Positions 20,694-33,340 of a stretch of DNA of 64,000 nt are shown here, piece after piece. The position numbers and the translations under genes were made by a program. The notes beneath the pieces are model-generated. The model was not told where the DNA came from. It did not search any database and saw nothing but the letters and a program-made list of their open reading frames with translations. The stretch covers positions 95,236 through 159,235 of the forward strand of contig BPIH01000001.1 of the NCBI GenBank assembly GCA_026004015.1, written 5' to 3'. Within the stretch, counting starts at the first letter, position 1. Each line of letters starts with the position of its first letter. This DNA comes from Chloroflexota bacterium (GTDB lineage Bacteria; Chloroflexota; Limnocylindria; Limnocylindrales; CSP1-4).

Positions 20694-21610
20694 GCGCCGG
20701 GAGCCCGCCCCTCCGGTTCGGCGTCGGCGACGGCCGGAGCGCCTGGGTCGGGCGACCCACCGTCGGACCCCGGCAGGCGGCGGCCTGGAGTCGACACCAG
20801 GAGATCCTGACCGAACTCCGAGCCATCCGCGGCCGTGCCTACCCGCGGGTCCGGGCCCTCTTCCGGGAGAAGAGCTGGCTCCTCTTCGAGATCCTCCTGC
20901 CGTTCCTGTCGACCTCGGCCTTCGTCTTCGTCTACCGCGCCCTCGCCGCCCCACCCGAGTACATCGGCTTCGTCGTCCTCGGCGGGGCGATGACCGCCTT
21001 CTGGCTCAACGTCATCTGGATGATGGCCGCCCAGCTCCACTGGGAGAAGGACCAGGGCAACCTCGAGCTCTACTTCGCAGCCCCCATCGATCTCATGAGC
21101 GTTCTCTTCGGGATGGCCGTCGGCGGCCTCGTCATGAGCGGCTCCCGGGCCGCCGTTGTCCTGGCCGTGGCGACGACCGTCTACGGGGTGACCTTCGACG
21201 TCGGCTCCTGGCTCCTCCTCGGGCTCGTCTTCGGGCTCACCCTGGCCGCCCTCTACGGGCTCGGCATGGTCCTGGCCAGCCTCTTTCTCATGTGGGGTCG
21301 CGAGGCCTGGCACCTGACCCAGCTCCTGACCGAGCCGATCTACTTCGTCTCGGGCCTCAACTTCCCCGTCGGTCGCCTCGGCCTCCTCGGCGCCCTCGCC
21401 ATCTCGACGATCCCCCTCGCCGTCGGCCTCGACGCCATGCGCCAGCTCTCCTTCCGCGGCGCGCCGTCCTTCGGGACGCCGCCGCCGGAGGTCGAGGCCG
21501 CCATCCTCGTCGCCATGGCCGTCGGCTTCCTCGCTGTGGCCCGGATCGCCATCCGGGTCCTCGAAGGGCTCGCCCGACGGGAAGGGCGCCTGACGCTTCG
21601 CTGGCGATGA
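20690..21610 (+). CDS. ABC-2 type transporter permease
   Basis: About six hydrophobic segments, 'WEKDQGNLE', 'SGLNFPV'; overlaps the ATPase stop. Confidence 0.9.
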   Translation: MSAGSPPLRFGVGDGRSAWVGRPTVGPRQAAAWSRHQEILTELRAIRGRAYPRVRALFREKSWLLFEILLPFLSTSAFVFVYRALAAPPEYIGFVVLGGAMTAFWLNVIWMMAAQLHWEKDQGNLELYFAAPIDLMSVLFGMAVGGLVMSGSRAAVVLAVATTVYGVTFDVGSWLLLGLVFGLTLAALYGLGMVLASLFLMWGREAWHLTQLLTEPIYFVSGLNFPVGRLGLLGALAISTIPLAVGLDAMRQLSFRGAPSFGTPPPEVEAAILVAMAVGFLAVARIAIRVLEGLARREGRLTLRWR

Positions 21611-22560
21611 GCACGCTCTCGGGATCTCGATGGGGCGCCGCGGGCCCCTCGACCCTCGATCCGGAGCGGGTCCGCGGCGGTGGCCTCGGCGACGCCCTCC
21701 GGGCCTACCTGGCCGCCGTTCGCCTCGGCTGGGCGACGGAGGCGAACTGGACGGATCCCTTCCTCTTCTTCATCTACTCCGTCGCCAAACCCGTCAGTGC
21801 GGCCCTCATCCTCGTCGTCATGGTCGAGATCGTCGGCGGCGAGGCGGGTCGCGCCTTCCGGGGGTACGTCGTCACCGGGAGCGCCCTCTGGTCCTTCGTC
21901 ATCGCCGGGATTTCGGGCCTCGCGTGGTCGGTCCTCGACGACCGGGAGCGCTACCGGATGCTCCGCTACCTCTACGTCAGCCCGGCGAGCTTCGCCCTCC
22001 TCCTCGTCGGACGAGGCACGGCCCGGCTGACCGTCGGGGCGATGGGGGCGCTCATCACCCTCGCCGTCGGGGTCGTCGTCCTCGGGCTTCCCCTCGACCC
22101 GGGGCGCGTCGACTGGCCGCTCCTGGGCGTCGCCATGGTCGGCGGGCTCGTCGCCATCGTCGTCATCGGGATCCTCATGGCCGCCGTCTGCCTCCAGACC
22201 CGGCAGGACTCGTGGTCGTATCCGGAGGCCGTGGCCGGCTCCCTCTTCCTCGTCAGCGGTGCCGTCTTCCCGCTCGCCGTTCTGCCGCAGGCGGTCCAGC
22301 TCGTGGGTCTGGCGACCCCCCTCACCTGGTGGCTGGCCGGCGTTCGGCTTGCCCTCTTCCCCGATGGCCCGAGCGTCGTCGGGGGCGAAGGGAGCGCCTG
22401 GGCCCTGCTCAGCGGCTCGACGGCGCCGACGTCGGTCGACATCGCCCTCGCCTTGCTCACCACGGGGGCGCTGGCTACACTCGCCGCAGCGGCCGTCTTT
22501 CGGTGGAGCGAGCATCGGGCCAGGGAGCGCGGGCTCATCGACCAGACGAGCGGCTCGTGA
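21607..22560 (+). CDS. ABC-2 type transporter permease
   Basis: ATG at 21607 overlaps the previous stop; hydrophobic, with 'SGAVFPLAVLP...PLTW'. Confidence 0.9.
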   Translation: MSTLSGSRWGAAGPSTLDPERVRGGGLGDALRAYLAAVRLGWATEANWTDPFLFFIYSVAKPVSAALILVVMVEIVGGEAGRAFRGYVVTGSALWSFVIAGISGLAWSVLDDRERYRMLRYLYVSPASFALLLVGRGTARLTVGAMGALITLAVGVVVLGLPLDPGRVDWPLLGVAMVGGLVAIVVIGILMAAVCLQTRQDSWSYPEAVAGSLFLVSGAVFPLAVLPQAVQLVGLATPLTWWLAGVRLALFPDGPSVVGGEGSAWALLSGSTAPTSVDIALALLTTGALATLAAAAVFRWSEHRARERGLIDQTSGS

Positions 22561-22735
22561 TCGGAGGCTCGGCGGTCGGCTACGACCACGGCCGAGCAGC
22601 CGGATGGGATGCGCGGATGCCAGACGGGCACCCGACACCCCGTGCTCCTCGTCCTCGCGGCGGGCCGAGGCGAGGGGGATGACCGGACGGTGCCCGAGCC
22701 ACGGCCCGGGCACCCGGACCGACGAGGGAGGCCAG

Positions 22736-23263
22736 ATGCGGATCTACGAGGGGAGTCCCCGCCAGGACTTCGAGGAGGTCTTCCGATCCATCGGCGCCTT
22801 CCTGGATCAACGCGGGATGCGGGAGATCCTCCTTCTCGAGGCGCCCGACGGCTTCGTCGTTCAGGGGCTCGTCATCGCCGGGGGCGGGAGCACCTGGTCC
22901 GAGTCGATGGGTCAGCTGGTGAAGGAGACGCTCACCTTTCTCGACGACGACATCGCCCGCTTCATGGAGGAGGCGATCGCCCGCCGGGGCCGACCGACGC
23001 CGCCGAGCGACCCGGTCCCGACCGGCTTCTACGAGCAGGCCCTCCGGGTCATCGGTCGCTACATCGACGAGCAGCGCCCCAGGGACGTCTTCTTCTTCGA
23101 GCAGGATGGCGCCTTCGTCCTCCGGCTCCTCACGGCGGGCCAGGCGGGCGCGCGCCACGTCCTCGTCGAGTTCACCCGCCAGGACATCGAAGCCATGATC
23201 GCCAGCGGCCCGAGCCTCCGGCTCCAGGACGCCGGCGGAGGGGCGGCTGCCCCGACCCACTGA
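22736..23263 (+). CDS. Hypothetical protein with an internal tandem duplication
   Basis: GGAGG RBS, typical codon usage. The two halves resemble each other: 'FEEVFRSIGAFLDQRGMREILLLEAPDGFVV' vs 'YEQALRVIGRYIDEQRPRDVFFFEQDGAFVL'. Confidence 0.8.
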   Translation: MRIYEGSPRQDFEEVFRSIGAFLDQRGMREILLLEAPDGFVVQGLVIAGGGSTWSESMGQLVKETLTFLDDDIARFMEEAIARRGRPTPPSDPVPTGFYEQALRVIGRYIDEQRPRDVFFFEQDGAFVLRLLTAGQAGARHVLVEFTRQDIEAMIASGPSLRLQDAGGGAAAPTH

Positions 23264-23283
23264 GCAGAACGGAGGTGTTGCCG

Positions 23284-23442
23284 ATGAAGGCGCTCAAAAC
23301 CCTCGCCATCGTCCTCGGCGTGACGCTCGCCCTGCTCATCGTCGTCCCACTCCTCGTGCTGGCCGGACTCTTCGTCTGGCTGAAGCTGACCGAGGAGTCG
23401 GACGAGGAAGCCCTCGAGCTCGAGCAGGAGGGCGGCGCCTGA
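23284..23442 (+). CDS. Small single-pass membrane protein (52 aa)
   Basis: GGAGGT RBS; MKALKTLAIVLGVTLALLIVVPLLVLAGLFVWLK followed by an acidic tail. Confidence 0.7.
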   Translation: MKALKTLAIVLGVTLALLIVVPLLVLAGLFVWLKLTEESDEEALELEQEGGA

Positions 23443-23510
23443 GACCGTCCCTTCGACCCAGCGCCGACGGGGCCGCCGACCACCGGCGGCCTCTCCGTGT
23501 CGGGCCCGGG

Positions 23511-26215
<2,705 letters not shown>

Positions 26216-26276
26216 TAGAATGGGCGGCGCGGTCCCTGCCCGGACCGGCCCGTCACCTCGCACCCGGAGTGAACCC

Positions 26277-26948
26277 ATGAAGATCTTCCTCGACACGGCC
26301 GACATCGACGAGATCCGGACCGCCGCCCGCTGGGGCGTCCTCGACGGCGTGACGACGAACCCGACCCTCTATGCCCGAGTCGGCGGCGCCTCGTACGAGG
26401 CGATCCTCCAGGAGATCTGCCGGATCACGAGCGGTCCCGTTTCGGCCGAGGTCGTCTCCGACGACGTCGACGGGATGCTCGAGGAGGCCCGCCACTACGC
26501 CGCCCTCGCCCCGAACATCGTCGTCAAGATCCCGATGAGCGAGACCGGCCTGGAGGCGATCAGCCGCTGCAAGGCCGAGGGGATCAAGACGAACTGCACG
26601 CTCATCTTCACGGCGAACCAGGGTCTCCTGGCGGCGAAAGCCGGGGCTTCGCTTCTGTCGCCCTTCGTCGGTCGCCTCGACGACATCAACGAGGAGGGGA
26701 TGATCGTCGTCCGCGAGCTCGCCGAGATCGTCGCCATCCACGAGCTCGAGGCGGAGGTCCTGGCCGCCTCCATCCGTCACCCGCGCCACGTGACGGAGGC
26801 CGCCCTGGCCGGGGCCCACATCGCGACGGTGCCCTTCAAGGTCCTCCAGCAGATGGTCCGTCACCCGCTCACCGACAAGGGGATCGTCCAGTTCAAGAAG
26901 GACTGGGAGGCGGCTCGGGCGGCGCTGGCGGCGAAGCAGGGCGACTGA
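26277..26948 (+). CDS. tal: Transaldolase / fructose-6-phosphate aldolase family protein
   Basis: 'MKIFLDTA', 'GVTTNPT', 'VVKIP', 'SPFVGRLDD', 'AASIR', 'HPLTDKG'. Confidence 0.9.
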   Translation: MKIFLDTADIDEIRTAARWGVLDGVTTNPTLYARVGGASYEAILQEICRITSGPVSAEVVSDDVDGMLEEARHYAALAPNIVVKIPMSETGLEAISRCKAEGIKTNCTLIFTANQGLLAAKAGASLLSPFVGRLDDINEEGMIVVRELAEIVAIHELEAEVLAASIRHPRHVTEAALAGAHIATVPFKVLQQMVRHPLTDKGIVQFKKDWEAARAALAAKQGD

Positions 26949-27076
26949 TCGCGGATCGATCGGCAGAGCGAGCGTCGCCATCGACCGGGACGCGTCCCGG
27001 CCTGTCTCGGCCCGTCTCGGCGTGCTGACCGCCGTCGCGAGCGCTCTCGACGGCGCGCCTCGTCTCGAGGTGGATC

Positions 27077-28057
27077 GTGGGCTCCGATCAGGACTCCCGT
27101 TCCACCGCTGAGCCACGGGCGATCCCGCGGGCCCGCGGGCCGTCGACCCGCGCCCGACGCGACGACCCCTTCGCCCTCGTCGCCCCCGAGCTCCTCATCG
27201 TCGGCGGCGCTCTCTCGGTCCAGGTCAGCGCGGGTCTCGCCGCGCAGCTCATCGCCGTCCACGGCTCCCTGGCCGTCGTGGCGATGCGGACCCTCTTCTC
27301 GGCGGCCATCCTCCTCGCCCTCCGCCGAGGGCTGCCGCTGCCGCCCCCCGGCCTGGCCGATCGCCGGCGGGCGATCCTCGGGGCGGTCGGGCTCGGCCTT
27401 TCGCTGGCGGCGATGAACACCGCCTTCTACACCGCTCTCGGCCGGATCCCGCTCGGGGTCGCGGTGACCATCGAATTCACCGGCCCTCTCGCCGTCGCCG
27501 TCCTCGGTCGACGGCGAGCCCTGGATCTCGCCTGGGTCGTCCTCGCGGCGGCGGGGATCTGGATCCTGGCCGGCGGTCGGGTCGTCGCCGGAGACGCCCT
27601 CGGCGTCGTGGCCGCCTTCGTGGCAGGTGCCTGCTGGGCGGCCTACATCCTCGTCGGCGGCCAGGTGGCGCGAGCCTGGCCGGGCGGTGACGCCCTGACG
27701 GCCGCCCTCCTCGTGTCGTCGGCGCTGGTCGGGCCGCTCGCGGTGGCCGTCGGTGGCTTCGTCGATGCCGTCGCTCGGCCCGACGTCGCCCTGGCCGGGG
27801 TGGTCGTCGCCGTCTTCGCCAGCGTCGTGCCGTATCGCCTCGAGATCGCGGCCCTGGGCCGGATGGCGGCCTCGACCTTCGGGGTCCTCATGAGCCTCGA
27901 GCCGGCCGTGGCCGCCGCCGTCGGCTTCGTGATCCTCGGCCAGGTCCTGAGTGGGGCGGAGGTGGCGGCGATCGCGGCCGTCGCCGCAGCGTGCGCCGGG
28001 GCGAGCTGGTCGGCCCGGCGGGCCGGGGTGGCGCCCGGGGAGCTGGAAGCGGCGTAG
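27077..28057 (+). CDS. EamA/RhtA-family (DMT) transporter
   Basis: About ten TM segments, 'RIPLGVAVTIEFTGPL', 'FGVLMSLEPAVAA'. Confidence 0.9.
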   Translation: MGSDQDSRSTAEPRAIPRARGPSTRARRDDPFALVAPELLIVGGALSVQVSAGLAAQLIAVHGSLAVVAMRTLFSAAILLALRRGLPLPPPGLADRRRAILGAVGLGLSLAAMNTAFYTALGRIPLGVAVTIEFTGPLAVAVLGRRRALDLAWVVLAAAGIWILAGGRVVAGDALGVVAAFVAGACWAAYILVGGQVARAWPGGDALTAALLVSSALVGPLAVAVGGFVDAVARPDVALAGVVVAVFASVVPYRLEIAALGRMAASTFGVLMSLEPAVAAAVGFVILGQVLSGAEVAAIAAVAAACAGASWSARRAGVAPGELEAA

Positions 28058-28064
28058 CTGCGAT

Positions 28065-28093
28065 TTGACGAACCCGAGCCGGGCGACTATCCT
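28065..28093 (+). promoter_or_regulatory. Sigma70-type promoter of rho
   Basis: TTGACG, 17 nt, TATCCT. Confidence 0.7.
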
Positions 28094-28181
28094 CCACGCA
28101 CCCCCACCCGGCCTGCGCCCTTTCGACGATTCCGCGCAAGCCCTCCACCGTGGGTCCCGCCACGCAGGTGATTCCAGCCCG

Positions 28182-29570
28182 ATGCCCGGAAACGGCCCCG
28201 AACCGCGCGACCAGCGCTCCCGACGCCGGCCCCGCCGCCGCCAGTCCACCTCCCGCCTTCCGACGACCGACTACGACGAGCTCCTCGAGGCCGAGGCGGC
28301 TCGCGACCGGAACGACCTGGCCGCCGACGAGCTCCGGGCGATGAGCGTGTCCGAGCTTCGCTCCGTCAGCCGCGAGCTCGACATCGAGCCGGTGCCGAGC
28401 GAGCGGAAGGAGGATCTCGTCGATCAGATCCTCCAGCGCCAGACCGAGCGGGCCGGACTCGCCTACGCGACCGGGATCCTCGACATCGTCGAGGAGGGCT
28501 TCGGTTTCCTCCGCCGCCACGGTCTCCTGCCCAGCCCCGACGACGTCTACGTCAGCTCGTCCCAGATTCGCCGCTACGGGCTCCGGATCGGCGACCGGAT
28601 CAGCGGTGCCGTCCGAGCGCCGCGGGAAGGCGAGAAGTACTGGGGCCTCGTCCGGGTCGATTCCGTCAACGGCGTCGACGTCGAAACCGCCCGCCGCCGG
28701 CCGCACTTCAACGACCTGACGCCGGTCCATCCGAACGAGCTCATCAACCTCGAGTCGGACCCGAAGAACCTGAGCCAGCGGCTCGTCAACCTCGTCAACC
28801 CCATCGGGAAGGGCCAGCGGGCCCTCATCGTCAGCCCGCCGAAGGCCGGCAAGACGATGCTCCTCAAGAACATCGCCAACGGCATCACGGCGAACTACCC
28901 GGACATCCTCCTCATGGTCGCCCTCATCGGCGAGCGGCCCGAAGAGGTCACCGACATGCGCCGCTCGGTGAAGGGCGAGGTCATCGCCTCGACCTTCGAC
29001 GAACCGACCGAGAATCACACCCATGTCGCCGAGATGGCCCTCGAGATCGCCAAGCGCCAGGTCGAGACGGGCCGCGACGTCGTCATCCTCCTCGACTCGA
29101 TCACCCGCCTCGCCCGGGCCTACAACCTCGCCCTGCCGCCATCCGGCCGCACCCTCTCGGGCGGCATCGATCCGGTCGCCCTCTATCCCCCGAAGCGCTT
29201 TTTCGGGGCGGCCCGCAAGATCGAAGAGGGCGGCTCGCTCACGATCATCGCCACCTGCCTCATCGATACCGGGTCGCGGATGGACGACGTCATCTACGAG
29301 GAGTTCAAGGGCACCGGCAACAGCGAGCTCATCCTCGACCGGAAGCTCGCCGAGAAGCGGATCTTCCCGGCCATCGACGTCCTCCGATCCGGCACCCGGC
29401 GCGAGGAGCTCCTCCTCGACGAGCCGACCCTCCGGATGGTGTGGACGATGCGCCGGATGCTCTCGGCCGTCGGAACGAACGAGGGGATCGAGCTCCTCCT
29501 CAACCGGATGGCGAAGACGCAGTCGAACGCCGAGTTCCTGGCCAGCCTGACGAAGAGCCTCGAGACGTAA
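28182..29570 (+). CDS. rho: Transcription termination factor Rho
   Basis: 'GFGFLR', 'DVYVSSSQIR', 'PIGKGQRALIVSPPKAGKT', 'LLDSITRLARAYN', 'EEFKGTGN'. Confidence 0.97.
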   Translation: MPGNGPEPRDQRSRRRPRRRQSTSRLPTTDYDELLEAEAARDRNDLAADELRAMSVSELRSVSRELDIEPVPSERKEDLVDQILQRQTERAGLAYATGILDIVEEGFGFLRRHGLLPSPDDVYVSSSQIRRYGLRIGDRISGAVRAPREGEKYWGLVRVDSVNGVDVETARRRPHFNDLTPVHPNELINLESDPKNLSQRLVNLVNPIGKGQRALIVSPPKAGKTMLLKNIANGITANYPDILLMVALIGERPEEVTDMRRSVKGEVIASTFDEPTENHTHVAEMALEIAKRQVETGRDVVILLDSITRLARAYNLALPPSGRTLSGGIDPVALYPPKRFFGAARKIEEGGSLTIIATCLIDTGSRMDDVIYEEFKGTGNSELILDRKLAEKRIFPAIDVLRSGTRREELLLDEPTLRMVWTMRRMLSAVGTNEGIELLLNRMAKTQSNAEFLASLTKSLET

Positions 29571-29674
29571 TCCGGCCGGTTGCCGGCGCCGCCGCCGGCG
29601 CGAAGGCAGCCGCGCCTGGCCTGGTTCCAGGCCGCCGCAGGCCAGGGAGGACGGGCCGCGGCGAAGCGGCCGGG

Positions 29675-29818
29675 TTGCACGATCGGGCGCCGGTCTGCTA
29701 GGGTTGCGGCGATCGTTGCGGCCCGAGTCCCCGCGGGCGACTGCCAACAGGTACGAGACCGGGTCGGTCCGCCGCCGACACCCCAGCGGCCGGGCCGCCC
29801 ACGGACGAGGAGACCGTA
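29675..29818 (+). promoter_or_regulatory. Promoter plus structured 5' leader of the LysM/M23 gene
   Basis: TTGCAC, 18 nt, (TGC)TAGGGT. Closing stem gcggcccg (29718-25)/cgggccgc (29791-98) encloses smaller hairpins. GAGGAG RBS at 29807. Confidence 0.5.
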
Positions 29819-31709
29819 TTGCCGAACGCGTCGGTCGGCATCGACCGCCTCCGCGCCCTCCTTCGGCGTGCCCGATCCGGCCCGTCGACTAGCGTGTCAC
29901 CCGGCGCCGCCCCGGCGAGCCCCGCCCGGAGCTCCGCCTCGAGCACCGCCGTGTCGCCCAGCGCCGCTCGGTTCCATCGCCGCGCCGTTCGCTGGGTCGT
30001 CGGCGTCCGGCAGCGGTTCTCGACGCCCTCGCTCGAACCGCGAGTGCCCGTCGCCGTCGTCCACCTCGCCCGCCAGGCCGACGTCGAGGCCCGGATCGAG
30101 ATCGGAACTCCTGCCGCCCGCGTTGCGCGGACCCTCCCGCGAACATCGGACGCTCGAACCGCAGACAATCGCCCGCCCGACGATCGGCCCGGACCGAGCG
30201 ATCGCCCTGCCGGGGCGCTCGCCGTCGTCACCCGCTTCGGCCATCGTCCCGGGACCCGACGACATCGTCCCGGGGCCCGACGACGTGCGGCCCTCGCCGT
30301 CGTCACCGACCGCCGCGCCCCTCGCACCGGCCGGGCTGGCGCCGCGCTCCGCCCGCCGAGCGCCAGCGGCTCGGCCATCCACCGCCCGGACACGCCTCCG
30401 CCGATCCATCGTCTCCCCGACGGCGGGGCTGAGCCGTGCCCTCGCCGCCCTGGAACGCACCGGGCGCGGCCTCCTGCGGACGGCCCGGCGAGGCGTCGAG
30501 CATGAGCGGGCCGCGGCCGCCACGGTCGCCGCCATCCTCGTCTTGGCCTCCTTCGCTTCGGCCCTGCCGGCCTTCGGCGGTCCCCCGACGGGTGACGTCG
30601 GCGGGCCCGGGTCGACGCCGCGGCTCGTCGTCGGCGGCGGCGTCCTCGGCCCTCCCGCGAGCGATGTCGCGGGCGGCAGCGAGATCAGCGGTCCCGACGG
30701 CTGGGCGGACGAACCCTTCGACGAGTTCGGGAGCGTGGGCGGCGACGGTCCGGCGGTCGGCGACGGCCCGCCCGAGGATGGCGACCCGACGGGAGGCGGA
30801 ACCGACCCCCTGGCGAGGCTCGCCGATCCCGAGGCGTCGGCCGGGACGGAGGTGCCAGCCGGTCCCTTCCTCGCCGACGGCACGCTCCTCAAGCCCGTCG
30901 CCGTCGACACCCAGGTTCCCGACGCTCGGGACCGGATCGTCCTCTATCGCGTCCAGAGCGGGGACACCCTGACCGGGATCGCGCGCCGCTTCGGGATCTC
31001 GATGATGACCCTCTGGTGGGCGAACGATCTGAGCTCGAAGGACGAGCTCCACGTCGGCCAGATCCTTCGCATCCCGCCCGTCGACGGCCTCGTCGTGACG
31101 GTGAAGGACGGGGATACCCTCGACGCCATCGCTGCGGAGACGGGGGTCGCCAAGGAGACCATCGCCGCCTTCAACGGCCTCACCGACGACGGCCTGGTCG
31201 TCGGCCAGGTCCTCATCGTCCCCGGGGCGCGGGGCGAGGCGATCCCGACGCCGAAACCGACGCCGCGCCCGGTGGTGCGCACGGTCACCCGTTCGACGAC
31301 GCGCTCGGTCAGTGAGCCGAGCCGCTACTCGGGCGGGGCGCTCCTCTGGCCGGTGGCCGGTGGCTACCTGAGCCAGTACTACCACTACGGCCACTACGGG
31401 ATCGACATCGCCGCCGACTACGGGACCCGCGTGCGGGCGGCCGCCGCCGGGACCGTCGTCTTCGCCGGCTGGAAGAGCAACGGCGGCGGCTACCAGGTCT
31501 GGATCTCCCATGGCTCGGGGCTCTACACCGGCTACTACCACATGTCGGCGGTGTCGGTCGGCCGCGGCCAGTCGGTGGCCCGGGGCCAGACCGTCGGACG
31601 GATCGGGACCTCCGGCTGGGCCACCGGTCCCCACCTCCACTTCGAGGTCTGGCTCGGCTACCCATGGGAGGCGGGGAGCAGACGGGTCAACCCGCTCCGG
31701 TATCTCTGA
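29819..31709 (+). CDS. LysM-domain M23-family peptidase (start uncertain; probable frameshift in the low-complexity N-terminus)
   Basis: Two LysM domains ('YRVQSGDTLTGIARRF', 'VKDGDTLDAIA') and M23 motifs 'HYGIDIA', 'YYHM', 'TGPHLHFEV'. The RBS-supported TTG at 29819 is out of frame with the domains. Confidence 0.85.
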
Positions 31710-31906
31710 CGGCCGGGGCAGCGGGGACCGCCGCGAAGCGGGAACGGCCGCGACGCCGAGAACGGCCGCGCGTCGGGAGGCGAACGGGACGGGGCCCGGC
31801 CTCGCCGGCGTCGGAATCGAGGCGCTGGGGCACTGTCGGCTCGGCGCTCAAAGCAGCCACGGGCCTCGAAGCGGCGGCGAGGCCCGGGCGTGCGACAATC
31901 GGAGCA

Positions 31907-33340
31907 ATGTTCCTCGATGAGGTGACCATCTTCGTCAAGGCCGGCTCCGGCGGCGACGGGGCGGCGACGTTCCGCCGCGAGGCCTTCGTCCCGCGGGGCG
32001 GACCCGATGGCGGCGACGGTGGTCGCGGTGGCTCGGTCTACCTCGAAGTCGACCCCGGACTGACGACGCTCCGCGACTTCCAGTACCGGCACCACTTCCG
32101 GGCCGAGTCCGGCGGTCGGGGCGAGCGCCAGCGCCGTCACGGCAAGGCCGGCCAGGATCTCGTCCTCCGGGTGCCACCCGGGACGGCGGTCTACGACGCC
32201 GCGACCGGAGCCCTGCTCGCCGACCTCGTGGCGACGGGTCAGCGGGTGATGGTCGCCCGCGGGGGTCGGGGCGGCCTCGGCAACGTTCACTTCGCCACGG
32301 CCACCCACCAGGCGCCACGGCACGCCCAGAAGGGCGAGCCCGGCGAAGAGCGGACCCTCCGCCTCGAGCTCCGCCTCATCGCCGACGTCGGCCTCGTCGG
32401 TCTGCCGAACGCGGGCAAGTCGACCCTCCTCGCTGCCCTCACCGCCGCCCGGCCGAAGATCGCCCCGTATCCGTTCACGACCCTCGAGCCGAACCTCGGC
32501 GTCCTCGACCTCGGCGAGGACGATCCGCGGCGGCCGACGATCGCCGACGTCCCGGGCCTCATCGAGGGAGCGAGCAGCGGGGCCGGCCTCGGGCACGCCT
32601 TCCTCCGCCACGTCGAGCGGACCCGCCTCCTCGTCCACGTCGTCGACGGTGCGGCTCGGGACCCGGAGTGGGACTACGGCGTCATCCGGAGCGAGCTCGA
32701 GGCCTACGACCCCGAGCTCCTGCGCCGACCGATCCTCGTCGCCTTCAACAAGATCGATCTGCCCGACGCCGCTCGGGCCTGGCCGGCGTTCGAGGCCGCC
32801 CGGGAGCGGGAGGGCGTGCCCGTCGTCGCCATCTCCGCAGCCGTCGGGACCGGCCTCGAGGAGCTCCGGCGCCGGCTGGCCGACCTCCTGCCGCCGGCTG
32901 AGGTCCTCGCCGGGCCGCCCGAGCCGGCCGGCGTCGTCGTCCATCGCCTCGAGGCCGTCGGCGATGCCTTCGCCGTCGAGCGAGAGCCCGACGGCGCCTT
33001 CCGGGTTCGAGGTCGACGGATCGAGCGCCTGACGGCGATGACCGACTTCGAGAACGAGGAGTCCGCCGCCCGCTTCCAGCGCGATCTCGAGCGGCTCGGC
33101 ATCGACGCCGAGCTCCGCCGACGCGGCATCGAACCCGGCGATGTCGTCCGCATCGGCCGCCTCGAGCTCGTCTGGGAGCCCGATGTCGGACCCGAGGCGG
33201 CGCTCGCGACGACGAGGCATCGACGGGCCGCCGGCGGGCCGACGGGGTCGAGCGGCGACGGGGCGGCGTCGGACGCCGGGACGGCAGGGGGCCGGATCCG
33301 GCACAGCCGTCGGCCCGCTCCGGGGGGCAGCGGCCGGTGA
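31907..33340 (+). CDS. obgE: GTPase ObgE/CgtA
   Basis: 'MFLDEVTIFVKAGSGGDG', 'GLPNAGKST', 'YPFTTL', 'DVPGLIEGA', 'NKID', plus a C-terminal DUF1967-like region. Confidence 0.97.
   Translation: MFLDEVTIFVKAGSGGDGAATFRREAFVPRGGPDGGDGGRGGSVYLEVDPGLTTLRDFQYRHHFRAESGGRGERQRRHGKAGQDLVLRVPPGTAVYDAATGALLADLVATGQRVMVARGGRGGLGNVHFATATHQAPRHAQKGEPGEERTLRLELRLIADVGLVGLPNAGKSTLLAALTAARPKIAPYPFTTLEPNLGVLDLGEDDPRRPTIADVPGLIEGASSGAGLGHAFLRHVERTRLLVHVVDGAARDPEWDYGVIRSELEAYDPELLRRPILVAFNKIDLPDAARAWPAFEAAREREGVPVVAISAAVGTGLEELRRRLADLLPPAEVLAGPPEPAGVVVHRLEAVGDAFAVEREPDGAFRVRGRRIERLTAMTDFENEESAARFQRDLERLGIDAELRRRGIEPGDVVRIGRLELVWEPDVGPEAALATTRHRRAAGGPTGSSGDGAASDAGTAGGRIRHSRRPAPGGSGR

Noticed and set aside
29705-29818. 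Canonical c-di-AMP (ydaO) riboswitch
   Set aside because: Only partial resemblance (CCGAGTCC...AGGTACG); the 3' CCCGTCAGCTAAC-type segment is missing. Kept only as a candidate novel leader.
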